A stretch of 45,843 nucleotides of DNA, counting the filler, from an uncultured Methanosarcinales archaeon (GTDB taxonomy: Archaea; Nanobdellota; Nanobdellia; Woesearchaeales; CAZPJY01), in assembly GCA_964587045.1 (NCBI GenBank). It is 6 parts of 6 records of this genome, joined end to end, with 100 filler letters (N's around TTAATTAATTAA, not from the genome) between each part and the next. Parts side by side here need not be neighbours in the genome. Positions count along the whole stretch, not along the records: positions 1 to 11,510 come from CAZPJY010000040.1; positions 11,611 to 19,847 come from CAZPJY010000043.1; 4 more parts are not named here. One strand, given 5' to 3'. A model generated the notes under the pieces. It was not told where the DNA came from and made no database searches. It saw nothing but the letters and a program-made list of their open reading frames with translations. Positions 9,263 to 19,351 of the stretch are shown here, one piece after another. The first letter of the stretch is position 1; each line of letters opens with the position of its first letter. The translations under genes and the position numbers were made by a program.

Positions 9263-9526
9263 ATGGCTGAAGAAGATAAAAAGTTCTCTCGGCAACTCAT
9301 CGGAAAGACGGTGGTAAGCAAGACCGGAAAGCGATTCGGAGAGGTAGGGGATATAGTCTTCGAGACGCGCTCAGGCGAGCTGATACACCTAGTGCTTGAC
9401 AATCCGACCTCCTACACGATGAAACTCGAGCTTGAGAAGGATAAGACCGGCAACATTCTTATCCCATTCAGTGCAGTCATCGCCATAGGAGACTTCATGG
9501 TGATTGCCGAAGAAGACATAATTTAA
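9263..9526 (+). CDS. PRC-barrel domain protein (CdpB-like archaeal division protein family)
   Basis: LIGKTVVSKTGKRFGEVGDIVFETRSGEL...IPFSAVIAIGDFMVI. Confidence 0.88.
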   Translation: MAEEDKKFSRQLIGKTVVSKTGKRFGEVGDIVFETRSGELIHLVLDNPTSYTMKLELEKDKTGNILIPFSAVIAIGDFMVIAEEDII

Positions 9527-9567
9527 TTCTACATACTTTTTTATATGACCTCGCTTTCTCCTGACCT

Positions 9568-10518
9568 ATGACTTCAGAGCTAACCATGGTCTGGACAGAG
9601 AAGTATAGGCCATCTGAATTTTCCGAGATCAAAGGCCAAAACGAGGTCGTCAAGAGGGTGAAGGCCTTTGTCAAGAACAAGAACATGCCACACCTCCTGT
9701 TCGCCGGGCCCGCAGGTACGGGGAAGACAACGATTTCTCTGGTGATTGCAAAGCAGCTCTTCAAAGACACTTGGCGCCGGAACATGCTCGAGCTGAACGC
9801 GAGCGACGAGCGCGGAATCGATGTGGTAAGGAACAAGGTTAAGGATTTCGCACGCACGCGGGCGATAGGGAACGTGCCTTTCAAGATAATCTACCTTGAC
9901 GAGTGTGACGCTCTGACCAAGGAGGCGCAGCAGGCTCTGAGGAGGACCATGGAAAATTACACCCAGACTTGCAGGTTCATCCTAAGCTGCAACTACCTCT
10001 CGAAGATCATCGATCCGATCCAGAGCAGGTGTGCGGTCTTTCGGTTCCAGCCGCTCCCAAAAGAGGACATTTTCACCATCATCGATTCGATCACCAAGTC
10101 CGAGAAGCTGCAGATTGATACCAAAGGCAAGGAGGCGCTTTACGAGATAAGTGGAGGGGACTGCAGAAGGGTAGAGAACCTGCTACAGTCCTGTGCGGCC
10201 ATCACCGACAAGATTGGTGAGGATACAATATTCTCCATGGCGTCAATTGCGAGGCCGAAAGAGCTGAGGTCAGTCCTTGAGGCAGCGCTCAAGGGCGATT
10301 TCGAGATGGCGAGGAACTCGCTGCTCGACCTGATGCTCAAATACGGGCTGTCCGGACTCGATATAATCCGCCAGATCCAGAGGGAGATTTGGTCGCTCGA
10401 CATACCTGACAGGAAGAAGGTGGGGCTGATCGACGCTTGCGGCGAGTTCGAGTTCCGCATGACCGAAGGCAGTGACGAGTACATCCAGATGGAGGCTCTC
10501 TTGGCCAGATTCGTCTGA
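9568..10518 (+). CDS. rfcS: Replication factor C small subunit
   Basis: WTEKYRP, GPAGTGKTT, ELNASDERGID, LDECDALT, QQALRRTME, QSRC. Confidence 0.98.
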   Translation: MTSELTMVWTEKYRPSEFSEIKGQNEVVKRVKAFVKNKNMPHLLFAGPAGTGKTTISLVIAKQLFKDTWRRNMLELNASDERGIDVVRNKVKDFARTRAIGNVPFKIIYLDECDALTKEAQQALRRTMENYTQTCRFILSCNYLSKIIDPIQSRCAVFRFQPLPKEDIFTIIDSITKSEKLQIDTKGKEALYEISGGDCRRVENLLQSCAAITDKIGEDTIFSMASIARPKELRSVLEAALKGDFEMARNSLLDLMLKYGLSGLDIIRQIQREIWSLDIPDRKKVGLIDACGEFEFRMTEGSDEYIQMEALLARFV

Positions 10519-10556
10519 CAAAACATTATTATACGAGTGAAAACACTTCTTTCTCT

Positions 10557-11510
10557 GTGGACGACAAGGATTCTATTCGGAAACTCCTCAACCAGGTTCT
10601 GGAGGAGAACAAGCGTGTGGCTAAGGCCAACGAGAAGCTGAAAGAAGAGATGCACAGGATCCTCTCTGCTGATATGGTCAGCGTGGCTGAGGTGGAGCGC
10701 AGGGACCGGGTGATTGACTCCCTAAGGAGGCTTCTCATCGCTAACGAAAAGGAGATGGCAGAGGTGCTCAAGCGTGCGCCATCCCCTGACGATATAAGGA
10801 ACCTCAAGGAGCACATAAAGGGCATCGAGAAGAAGGTCGACGGCAGGGAGGACCTCACTCAGCTCAAGGAGGAACTTCGCAGGAGGGACAAGGTCATCGG
10901 CGACTTGAGGCAGCTGCTCCTCCGGAAGGCGCCCAAACCCAAGAGTCCTAAGAAGGGCTCGAAAAAGGAGGTTGAGCTGCCTACAGACGATGCTTCTGAA
11001 GAGGTCGATAAGCTGCGCAGCGAAATTCGCGCTAAGGATAGTATCATAGGTGATATGAGGAAGCTCCTCTCGAAGAGCGAAGGCGACCTGACAAGGGCCC
11101 TGGAGGGCACGTCCAAGGACAAGAGGAAGGTAAGAGTCCTGATTGAGGAGCTGAAAGGGGCGCAGGTCTCGCTTGACAAGACCGCGCTTTATGAGGACAA
11201 AGAGCTCGTCAAGATGCAAGAGGAACTGCGCACCCGCGATATGGTCATAGCCGACCTCAAACGCGCCCTCAACCAGCGTACTAAGATGTTCGAGGCCAAG
11301 ATGGTCCCGCTGATAAACACCCTCCAGCAGCAGAGGGACCAGCTTGAGCATCTCGAGAAGCGGATAATTGCAGTCAACGCAAAAGCCCACGATGCAACGG
11401 GCGCAATCGATGCCTACAAGGCCCAACTGGTCCACGCGTTTGCTAAGCAGGAGAGGGAGAAGACCAAGAAGAGGGGCCTCCGTGAGGTCTTCGCGGCCAA
11501 GCTTGAAGAG
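10557..11510 (+). CDS. Coiled-coil protein with internal repeats, truncated at contig end
   Basis: Repeated ERRDRVIDSLRRLL / RRRDKVIGDLRQLL / RAKDSIIGDMRKLL / RTRDMVIADLKRAL; E/K/R-rich heptads; GTG start. Confidence 0.75.
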
Positions 11511-11610
11511 NNNNNNNNNNNNNNNNNNNNNNNNNNNNNNNNNNNNNNNNNNNNTTAATTAATTAANNNNNNNNNNNNNNNNNNNNNNNNNNNNNNNNNN
11601 NNNNNNNNNN
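11511..11610. other. Artificial contig linker
   Basis: N-run + TTAATTAATTAA (stops in six frames) + N-run. Confidence 0.99.
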
Positions 11611-14081
11611 GTCGTCCTGAAGCCGAGGCCGGTCTCAGCGAGGCGGACGAAGTACTCGATGTAGTCGCATGTGTTGGCTAGAAAGTAATAGGCGTCAATG
11701 AAACCCTTCACGCCGTCTGAGACTATCCACGCGCTCTGCGCATCCTTGATGTGGTCCACCATCTCCTGATCAGGCCTGCCTATGGACGCGGCCACCAGGT
11801 TTACCCTGAAGGTGACATCATCGCGCTCAGGCTGGCTGTAGATGTCGCTTCCGACCTTCAGGTAGGTCTTGATCTCGCACGACACCTCGAAGTCGCCGAC
11901 CTTGTCCATCTCCTTGTCGCGGTGGTCTGCGAAGTTGAACTCCAAGCGGTTGACGTTTGGGTCCGCAACCTTCGGTTTGCTTATCGGCTGAACCCTGTCC
12001 TTGTCCATCAAGGGCAGGTCCAGGAAGTAGTCCTCGTAAAGCTCCTCTCCGGACTCCTCTGATACCACCTGGCAGTCCTCGACATCGAGCGCCAGCACCT
12101 GTGCCCCTCCACCCTTGCTCTTCAGGTAGAAGGGCACTGAAAGAGGCAGCCCCGGAGGCGACAGCAACGAAAGCGTTAGCCTGCTGACAGTCCTGGGCCT
12201 GATCTGCTCCGTCCATACCACGAAATCGAAGAAGTCCGGCGCTTCCTCCCCAATGACTCCGAACACCTCGACCCTGTCGCTCTCATCCACCACTGAGTTG
12301 CCGGCGTGGTCTGTCACGTTGAGCGTCACCTTGGGCCTGAAGTATCCTGTGCCGTGTATGGGCTCGTTTGCGTTGAACGAGCAGTTGTATATTCCGCTCT
12401 CGCTCGACTCGCAGCTGCCTGGCACCCTCGCGTAGCCTTCGCCCAGCAGCTCGGTCATGTCTGCGTACGCCTCGTATATGCCGCTCGGATCGTAGTAATC
12501 AGCGGTGACCGTGAAGATGTCTCCAACCTTGAGGTCGATTAGCGGGTCGGCGTGGTGGAACCTTATGCCCGGGTACTCGTAAAGGTCAGGCGGGGTGTTG
12601 TCATAGTACACGACCGCCTGCGTCTCTGAATTCATGTCCAGGGGGTTGCCCGCGTCATCCGAAGTCGGGGGTATTACTGAGAAGAAAAGGAGCTCGAAAG
12701 CGTCGGAGCTGCGCTGGACGTTGATCGGCGCATAGCAGACCCAGCTGTTGCCGCCGGTCGGCTGGCACCTGTAGTTGGGGTCGTCGGGTATGCGCTTGGG
12801 CTCAGCGTACAGGTCGGGATTGAACTCGTAGGCGTTGACTATCACGTTGTTCCTGTACAGTCCAGCACCTTCCTCTTTCATCTCGATCTCGAAGACGTGC
12901 CAGCCCTCGTTTACATAGAGGTTGCCCTCCTCGTCCTGCTTGGGCGTCGTGATCGACACCACACGCGGGCCTGTGTTGTCCTCGAGCAGCGAGCCTGGGC
13001 AGGTCTGGGTTACCCTGTTGCCGTAGATATCCTCTGCCGTCACTTCTATGCTAAAATCGCCGCTGAGTATGTCGATGGTGATCCCGCCTGTGGTCCTGCA
13101 CCGCCAATCGTCACCGCTGACGCGGTCGCACATCAGCGCCTGCTGGACAGCAGTGCTGTTCAGGTTCCACCTCAGGTTCCTGTACTGCACCTGGAATGAG
13201 GGGTTGTAGTTCAGCGCTGACATGTCTGCGGTGACCCTGGTCAGGTACTGCTCGCTGATGGAGAACCTGACCTCTGTGTCCTCGAGCATGCTTCCCGCTC
13301 CTTGCGTCCTTATGTAGCCCAGCTCGATGCCGTCCTGGGAGTAGACGCCGAGGTCGCACGTGACTGTCGGCTCGGTGGCGTCAACGGTGAGCTCGTCAAT
13401 CAGCACCTGATCATTCTGGTTCCCCAGCATGTCGACGGATACGGCCCTCAAGGTGTAGTTGCCGTTGTCGAGGTCTGTTAGCACCACTGTGTCTGTGTAG
13501 GTGCAATCCCCAGGGTCTGATTCTATATCGACTGATTCCTCAAGGCTGTTATCCATGTAGAAGTCGACGCTATTGATCCCTGAGCACCTGTTAGGATAGG
13601 TATTGGATGCCCTGTCCCCTACTTGGAACTCGACAGAGTATCCTTCGTCAGTTGGCCCGTACGCGCCCAAGCTCACGTCTGGAGGCAGCCTGTCCACATA
13701 GAGCGAAGCGGACGCGCTGGTGCCAGGTATTATATTTCCTGCCGGGTCTGTCTCATAGAAGGTGTAGGATGAGGTGTCTGTTGTGACTGTGGAAGTGCCG
13801 CTGAGCGGGTCGCGGAAAAGGCAGTAGTAGCTCGTGTTGGTTATCTGGCTGCACGCGGATGCCATGGTGACTCCCGGGTCTCCGGCGTAGACCAGGAAGG
13901 TGGACACGAAATCGACCGTCGCGTTGAGCTCCACTGTGCTCTGGTCATCCTCAGCCCTGTAGCCCTCAATCTCGTCTACGCCGTATGAGCGGTAGATGTT
14001 GATGGAAGCGAGCGCGACCGCAGTCTGGACTGGGAGCAGGACGACCAGGATTATCATGAGCAACGCTGCTGACTTCCTCAT
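11611..14081 (-). CDS. Large secreted acidic beta-rich (Ig-like repeat) surface protein, truncated at contig end
   Basis: Signal peptide MRKSAALLMIILVVLL; repeated D-x-T/L-P/G-P and D-x-A/L-G-N motifs; ATGA overlap with upstream gene. Confidence 0.8.
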
Positions 14082-14893
14082 CTGAACGCCACCGCCTGTA
14101 TGCACGTGAATTTGTAGAAGTCGCTCTCGATCCTGGAGCAGGCATCGAGCAGCTGGTCTGTCTGGCCCCCTGACTTGGTCGCTAGCACGAGGTAGCAGAC
14201 GTCGGCCTCGGCCTGTCCCTTCTTGCCGCAGAGGTAGAGCGAGTGCGAGTAGAGCTTGCCCTGCAGGTCGACTGAGACTGCCTGCGCGGTCTCGACTGTC
14301 TGCTGGAAGAAGCTCAGGCCGACTATTAGGAGCATGAGGAATATGAGTATCCAGAAGACCGACACCCCGTACAAGAAGAGCTTGTCCTTGACCTGGACCC
14401 TCCTTATCCTGAATTCCTTGTCCTTGAAGTAGTTCCTCTCAGAGAACAGGTACCATATGATCACCCCGTTGATGAACAGGGTCATGACGAAAGAGAGCAG
14501 CGCGAGGTCGTGCACCACCTCGTAGTCGACCACCTCCAAGAACAGGACGGCGAACAGGGAGTTGAGGATGCCGAACAGGAACCATGCGAGGGACAGCTCC
14601 CACGCCCAGGCCTTCCGCTTCAGCATGCCGTAGATGATGGCGGCGAGCACACCGGTAATGACCAGGTTTGCGAGCAGCGCGGCAGGCCCTTGGACGATCC
14701 GGCCGAAGAGCAGGGTGGTTGGAAGCGCGAGCCCGAAGAGGAGGTAGAGCAGGTAGAAGACGCCGAGGAGCACGCAGTACACTGCCAGCACCTTTATGCC
14801 CAATGGCACGTAGAATCGGTCGTGCTTGTGAAGGACGTGCTTGCGAATGGTATGATGGGTCTTCTGATATGGCGTGTGATGTTTCTTCTCCAC
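14078..14893 (-). CDS. Membrane protein, about 5 TM, His-rich N-terminus, Cys-containing C-terminal domain
   Basis: Hydrophobic segments; C-terminal C..CY..C..C pattern; coupled to downstream gene. Confidence 0.8.
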   Translation of the reverse strand: MEKKHHTPYQKTHHTIRKHVLHKHDRFYVPLGIKVLAVYCVLLGVFYLLYLLFGLALPTTLLFGRIVQGPAALLANLVITGVLAAIIYGMLKRKAWAWELSLAWFLFGILNSLFAVLFLEVVDYEVVHDLALLSFVMTLFINGVIIWYLFSERNYFKDKEFRIRRVQVKDKLFLYGVSVFWILIFLMLLIVGLSFFQQTVETAQAVSVDLQGKLYSHSLYLCGKKGQAEADVCYLVLATKSGGQTDQLLDACSRIESDFYKFTCIQAVAFR

Positions 14894-14996
14894 CCTATAC
14901 TACCTCGATTGGGAATTTTAACGAGAATATCCTTTATAAATGTTGTGGTTTTGCTGGATGAATATGGAGAAGTATTCCTGGAGAGTGGAGACACCC

Positions 14997-16988
14997 TCAC
15001 CTGATCTTCGATCCGTCAGGGGCGTCGGCAATAATCTCTTCCTGTGGGGAGCGCAGAGCCCTGCCTTTGTATAAAGCCTTTCCTCCCCTCACCTCGAGGC
15101 CAAGCTTGGAAAATTCCCTGATATCAAGCTTGGGAGCTGGCTTGCACTCCAAACCTTCGGCGCTGACGGCCTCGCCCGGCTCGGTGCCAGGCGCCTCGAG
15201 CAGCACAACCTTTTTGCCGTCATCTGCGGCGAGCAGCATGCCCCGGCTCTCCTTGCCCCTGAGTACCGCGGGCTTCAGGTTCGAGACTATGATGATGTGC
15301 TTGCCCTTGATCTCATCCTTGGAGAGGTGGCCCTTGAGGCCTGCGACCAGCTGCCGGACGCCGTCGCTGCCCACATCTATCTGCAGCACATAGAGCTTCT
15401 CGGCTTCCGGGTGGTCCTCTACCTTGAGCACCTTTGCAACCCTGAGGTCGACCTTCGAGAAGGGGTCCTCAAGCTCAGCAGTCTCGGTTATCTTGGCAAA
15501 GAGGATTTCTCCCCTCTTCACCCTCCCCTTAGTGGTAAGCCTGAAGGCGAGACCCTGCCTGCCCTCGTTAGCCTGGCCGATCTGCTCGAAAATCTTTTCC
15601 GCGGTCGCGGGCATGAGGGGGCTGATGTAGTGCGCCATCACCCTCACCGCCTCAATCGCGTGGTAAAGCACCGTGCCGAGACGTTCCCCATCCTTTATCT
15701 TCCAGGGCTCGGTCTCAGTCAGGTACTTGTTCGTGTCGCGCACGAACTGCCAGAGCCTCTCCAGAGCGCGCGGAAAGTCGAAGCGCTGCATTGACGAGTC
15801 GAACTCCTTGAAGAAGTCGGCTTTGCTGGCTAGCTCTTCATCGGGCTTCTCACGTTTGACAGGTTTTGGAATATTGCTGTCAAAGTTCTTCTCAATCAGC
15901 ACTGTCGCACGCCTGACCAGGTTGCCCAGAGTGTTGGCCAGATCTCCGTTCACAGACTCGATGAGCAGCTCCTCCGAGTAGTCGCCGTCCTCGTAGCTGG
16001 GCAGCTCCTTTAGCAGGTAGAACCGCACGGCCTCGACCCCGAACTTCTCAATCTGCTCATAAGGGCTGATCACGTTGCCCAAAGACTTGCTCATCTTCTG
16101 GCCGGCAGCGTTGACGAAGCCGTGGACGAAGATGCATTTCGGGAGGGGAACCCCAGCCGACAGGTGCATGGCAGGCCAGATGGCCGCGTGGAACCTGAGT
16201 ATGTCCTTTCCGATTATGTGGACGTCGGCAGGCCAGAACTTCTTGTAAAGCGGGCCCTCGTTTGCGTAGTCCAGAGCGCTGATGTAGTTGGTCAGCGCGT
16301 CGCACCACACGTACATGACCTGGTCCGGATCGCCGGGCACGGGGACGCCCCATGGAAGGGCCTTCTTGTTCCTCGAAAAAGAGACGTCCTTGACGTCCCC
16401 TGCGAGGAAGCTGAGTATCTCGTTTTTCCTGGACTGGGGGATGATGAGCAGCTCGTCCCCCTTGATGAGGTCGTGCACCTTGCCAGCGTACTTGGAGAGC
16501 CTGAAGAAGTAGTTCTCCTCCTGGATCTCCTTGGGCGGCTTGCCGTGGTAGGGGCAGTTCCCGTCGGCGTCGAGCTCCTTTTCGGTTATGAACTTCTCGC
16601 ATCCGACGCAGTAGAGCCCTGTGTACTTCTTCTTGTATATGTCGCCGTTCGCGGCGAGCGTCTTCCACATCCTGACGACGGACGGCCAGTGCTTCTTTTG
16701 GTCAGACGTCCTGATGAAGTCGTCGTTGGACAGGTTGAGCAAGCGCGTGAAATCCTGGAATATCCCGGCGTTCTTGTCAACCAAATCCTTTGTGGCGACG
16801 CCCTGCGCCTTGGCTGTCTCGACGATCTTTTGCCCGTGCTCGTCGGTTCCTGTAAGGAAATACACCTCATCCCCGACGAGCCTGTGATACCTAGCCACGA
16901 GGTCGGCCTGCAGGAACTCCAGCATGTGGCCCATGTGCGGCCTGCCGTTCACATAGGCTATCGCGGTCGTAACATAGTATTTTGTCAT
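14997..16988 (-). CDS. metG: Methionyl-tRNA synthetase with C-terminal tRNA-binding domain
   Basis: YVTTAIAYVNGRPHMGH, TGTDEHGQK, YVWCDAL, GKDILRFH, KMSKSLGN, C-terminal DLRVAKV...ESRGMLL; start MTKYYV at 16988. Confidence 0.97.
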   Translation of the reverse strand: MTKYYVTTAIAYVNGRPHMGHMLEFLQADLVARYHRLVGDEVYFLTGTDEHGQKIVETAKAQGVATKDLVDKNAGIFQDFTRLLNLSNDDFIRTSDQKKHWPSVVRMWKTLAANGDIYKKKYTGLYCVGCEKFITEKELDADGNCPYHGKPPKEIQEENYFFRLSKYAGKVHDLIKGDELLIIPQSRKNEILSFLAGDVKDVSFSRNKKALPWGVPVPGDPDQVMYVWCDALTNYISALDYANEGPLYKKFWPADVHIIGKDILRFHAAIWPAMHLSAGVPLPKCIFVHGFVNAAGQKMSKSLGNVISPYEQIEKFGVEAVRFYLLKELPSYEDGDYSEELLIESVNGDLANTLGNLVRRATVLIEKNFDSNIPKPVKREKPDEELASKADFFKEFDSSMQRFDFPRALERLWQFVRDTNKYLTETEPWKIKDGERLGTVLYHAIEAVRVMAHYISPLMPATAEKIFEQIGQANEGRQGLAFRLTTKGRVKRGEILFAKITETAELEDPFSKVDLRVAKVLKVEDHPEAEKLYVLQIDVGSDGVRQLVAGLKGHLSKDEIKGKHIIIVSNLKPAVLRGKESRGMLLAADDGKKVVLLEAPGTEPGEAVSAEGLECKPAPKLDIREFSKLGLEVRGGKALYKGRALRSPQEEIIADAPDGSKIR

Positions 16989-17070
16989 GGGCTCCGAGGA
17001 GGCTACCATACTATATATAATTTGTGCAGGAGATAGCTTTAAATAAAGATTATTTTTGCATGCCTTGAAA

Positions 17071-17442
17071 ATGGCAGATAATCTCGAAGAAACAGTAAAA
17101 AAGGAAGGGGTCGGAGCCGGATTGGCAGAAGGGTTGATGATATCTTTCGACCCCATCGGCGCAGTCGCCCAGTACGTGGGAAACAGGATGGGGTACGACA
17201 TTAAGACTATCGGAGGATTGAGTCTCTTCGGCACCGAAGGCGGTACCAAGATTAATCGCAAGGAGCTAGGCGCCTCAAGCTGGTTCGGGAAAGGCATCGG
17301 TTTGGCCTGCCCAGCCAACATGTGGCTGAACCCTTTGGCCTGGCCGTACCTGATTGGAACCGAGGCAGTCCTCACTGTTGTAAACATTAGCGGCAACATG
17401 GTTCGCTACCACAAGCAAGGCAACCTGCGACTGGATGAGTAA
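17071..17442 (+). CDS. Hypothetical Gly-rich hydrophobic protein
   Basis: ATG 17071 about 25 nt after TTTAAATA, divergent from metG. Confidence 0.7.
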   Translation: MADNLEETVKKEGVGAGLAEGLMISFDPIGAVAQYVGNRMGYDIKTIGGLSLFGTEGGTKINRKELGASSWFGKGIGLACPANMWLNPLAWPYLIGTEAVLTVVNISGNMVRYHKQGNLRLDE

Positions 17443-17524
17443 GGGCGACCTCCCGCTATACCGTTCCATTTTTTCTTGCTAGGATAAAGGAAAAATTTAA
17501 GAATTTGCATGTAACATTCATTCA

Positions 17525-18154
17525 ATGGTCAAGCTCCACCACTTCGCCAGCAGGAGCATAATCGCTCTCATTCTGAACCAGCCTGACATCCAGGAGCACT
17601 TCGACGAGCTCAGGCGGATCAGGTACTTCGGCCACGGCGTAAGGGTCGCAGAGCTCTCCGTCGACGTGGCGATCGACAACGGCATCACGCAAAGGGAGCT
17701 GCTGTCCACCGCGTATGCAGGCCTGCTCCACGACCTGGGCAAGGCTGACCTGCCCAGGTGGCTCATCCAGAAGAGGGGCGCCCTGAGCGAGGCTGAGAGG
17801 TCGAAGATGAGGCAGCACGTCAGGAACGGCGCCGAGCGGCTGAAGGGCTTCGACATCGACCTGACCAGGAAGGTCATCCTCGCGCACCACGAGTACAAGA
17901 CCAACGACCCCTATCCGAGGAAAAACGGTGACGCACGCATCGAAGGCGACAGGCGAAAGGAGGACCCCAGGGTCGCTCCGCTTGCCCAGATCGTTGCCGT
18001 TTCAGACATCTACGACTCGCTAGCCCACAGGAGGGTGTACAAGGAGGCCATGCCACCGCTCGAGGTGATGCGCATGCTCTACAGGGAGTTCAGCGGCGAC
18101 CAGAAATATGTAGAGCAGGTCGTCCGAAGGCTCACTTCCCCTTCAGTGTCTTGA
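17525..18154 (+). CDS. Stand-alone HD-GYP-type phosphohydrolase
   Basis: GHGVRVA, LLHDLGK, MRQHV..GA, HHEY...PYP, IVAVSDIYDSL, RRVYK. Confidence 0.88.
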   Translation: MVKLHHFASRSIIALILNQPDIQEHFDELRRIRYFGHGVRVAELSVDVAIDNGITQRELLSTAYAGLLHDLGKADLPRWLIQKRGALSEAERSKMRQHVRNGAERLKGFDIDLTRKVILAHHEYKTNDPYPRKNGDARIEGDRRKEDPRVAPLAQIVAVSDIYDSLAHRRVYKEAMPPLEVMRMLYREFSGDQKYVEQVVRRLTSPSVS

Positions 18155-18521
18155 GCTTCTTGGTGATGGGTATCTTGGCCTTGCACTTGCCGCACTCGAA
18201 CACGTAGGCGTCGACGCCCTGGAACTTCTTCCTCTTGTAGGGTATGGAGGTCTCGGCTGAGTGGCCGCACTCCGGGCAGGTGTACACGATATCGAGGTGA
18301 AGGCTCTCCTCGTGCTCCTTCTTCTCCTCCCTGTACCCGCAGTCTGCGCACACGAAGAACGGCGATTTCTTGTCAGGCTTGCCTGTGGCCTTCATCGGCA
18401 GTCCCATCGGCGCCTTGCATTTGGGGCAGTCCTTGCGGAACACCCATGCTCGTACGCTTCCGTTTCCTATGGTCCTATTGGTGTAATAGAGGCACTCCTC
18501 CATTGATTTGGGCTCTTTCAT
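18132..18521 (-). CDS. Zinc-ribbon protein (four CxxC)
   Basis: CPKC, CADC, CPEC, CGKC; GAGGTG SD upstream. Confidence 0.85.
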   Translation of the reverse strand: MKEPKSMEECLYYTNRTIGNGSVRAWVFRKDCPKCKAPMGLPMKATGKPDKKSPFFVCADCGYREEKKEHEESLHLDIVYTCPECGHSAETSIPYKRKKFQGVDAYVFECGKCKAKIPITKKLKTLKGK

Positions 18522-18536
18522 CACTTCACACCTCTT

Positions 18537-18764
18537 TCAAGAACTGTTAGTCTCGTTGTTGGGTCCTTCGGGGAACCAGTCCATTGCGATCATGTATCCC
18601 ACAGCGTTCTTGACGTTGCCGCCAATCTGGAGCACCCACCTGGCGAACTCCCACACAAAGGTGGTGCGGTCCTCATCCTTCTTGTAGTTCAGGTCGTAGG
18701 ACGTCTTTATGAGGTACGCTCCCACGAGCAGGAACAGGACGACGAATATCGTTATCTTTCCCAT
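18537..18764 (-). CDS. Small membrane protein
   Basis: N-terminal TM helix; AT-rich promoter upstream; co-oriented with zinc-ribbon gene. Confidence 0.75.
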   Translation of the reverse strand: MGKITIFVVLFLLVGAYLIKTSYDLNYKKDEDRTTFVWEFARWVLQIGGNVKNAVGYMIAMDWFPEGPNNETNSS

Positions 18765-18839
18765 AATCTGACAACATATGATTGATATTTATTAACTTTT
18801 TGGCAACGTTTTTATACAGCCTTGCAGTGCCTTCCAGGC

Positions 18840-19325
18840 ATGGATTATTACAGCGGCATAGCTGAGGGGTACGACCGCCTCCACGGCGATGAGCAGATTA
18901 GGAAGATGGCAAAGGTGCTGCCTTTCTTAAACCTCGGGCCTGAAGATAGGGCTCTTGATGTCGGGTGCGGGACCGGCTTGGCAAGCGAGATGATCCCCTG
19001 CAAGGTCATGGGAATCGAGCCTTCCGAAAAGATGGTCGAGCAGGCCAAGAGGAGGATAGAGGCGGTGCAAGGCAGGGGGGAAGACCTCCCTTTCGACGAC
19101 AACGGGTTCGACGCGGTCTTCTCGATCACTGCGCTCCATAACTATGACGACCCGCTGAAGGGCGTGGACGAGATACGACGCGTCACCAAGGGAATGGCCG
19201 TCTTCTCCTTGCTCAAGCGTAGCAAGGCCCACGACTCGATTGTCAGGAGGATAAGGGAGGGCTTCAGGATAACCAAAACACTCGAGGACGGGCACGACAC
19301 GATTCTGATAGCCCAAAAGATATAA
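18840..19325 (+). CDS. Class I SAM-dependent methyltransferase
   Basis: ALDVGCGTG, GIEPS, EDLPFDDNGFDAV, ALHN. Confidence 0.9.
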   Translation: MDYYSGIAEGYDRLHGDEQIRKMAKVLPFLNLGPEDRALDVGCGTGLASEMIPCKVMGIEPSEKMVEQAKRRIEAVQGRGEDLPFDDNGFDAVFSITALHNYDDPLKGVDEIRRVTKGMAVFSLLKRSKAHDSIVRRIREGFRITKTLEDGHDTILIAQKI

Positions 19326-19351
19326 ATACGAGTTTGACCAAATCCAAAGGG

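Noticed and set aside
16122..17036. Long antisense or alternate-frame ORFs (also 10722-11435, 42859-43767, 2581-3258, 4766-5419)
   Set aside because: Shadow frames of GC3-rich genes, with no motifs
16989..17399. 800-aa MetRS with a long N-terminal extension
   Set aside because: Extension is the antisense of gene 17071-17442 plus the divergent promoter; homology starts at MTKYYV
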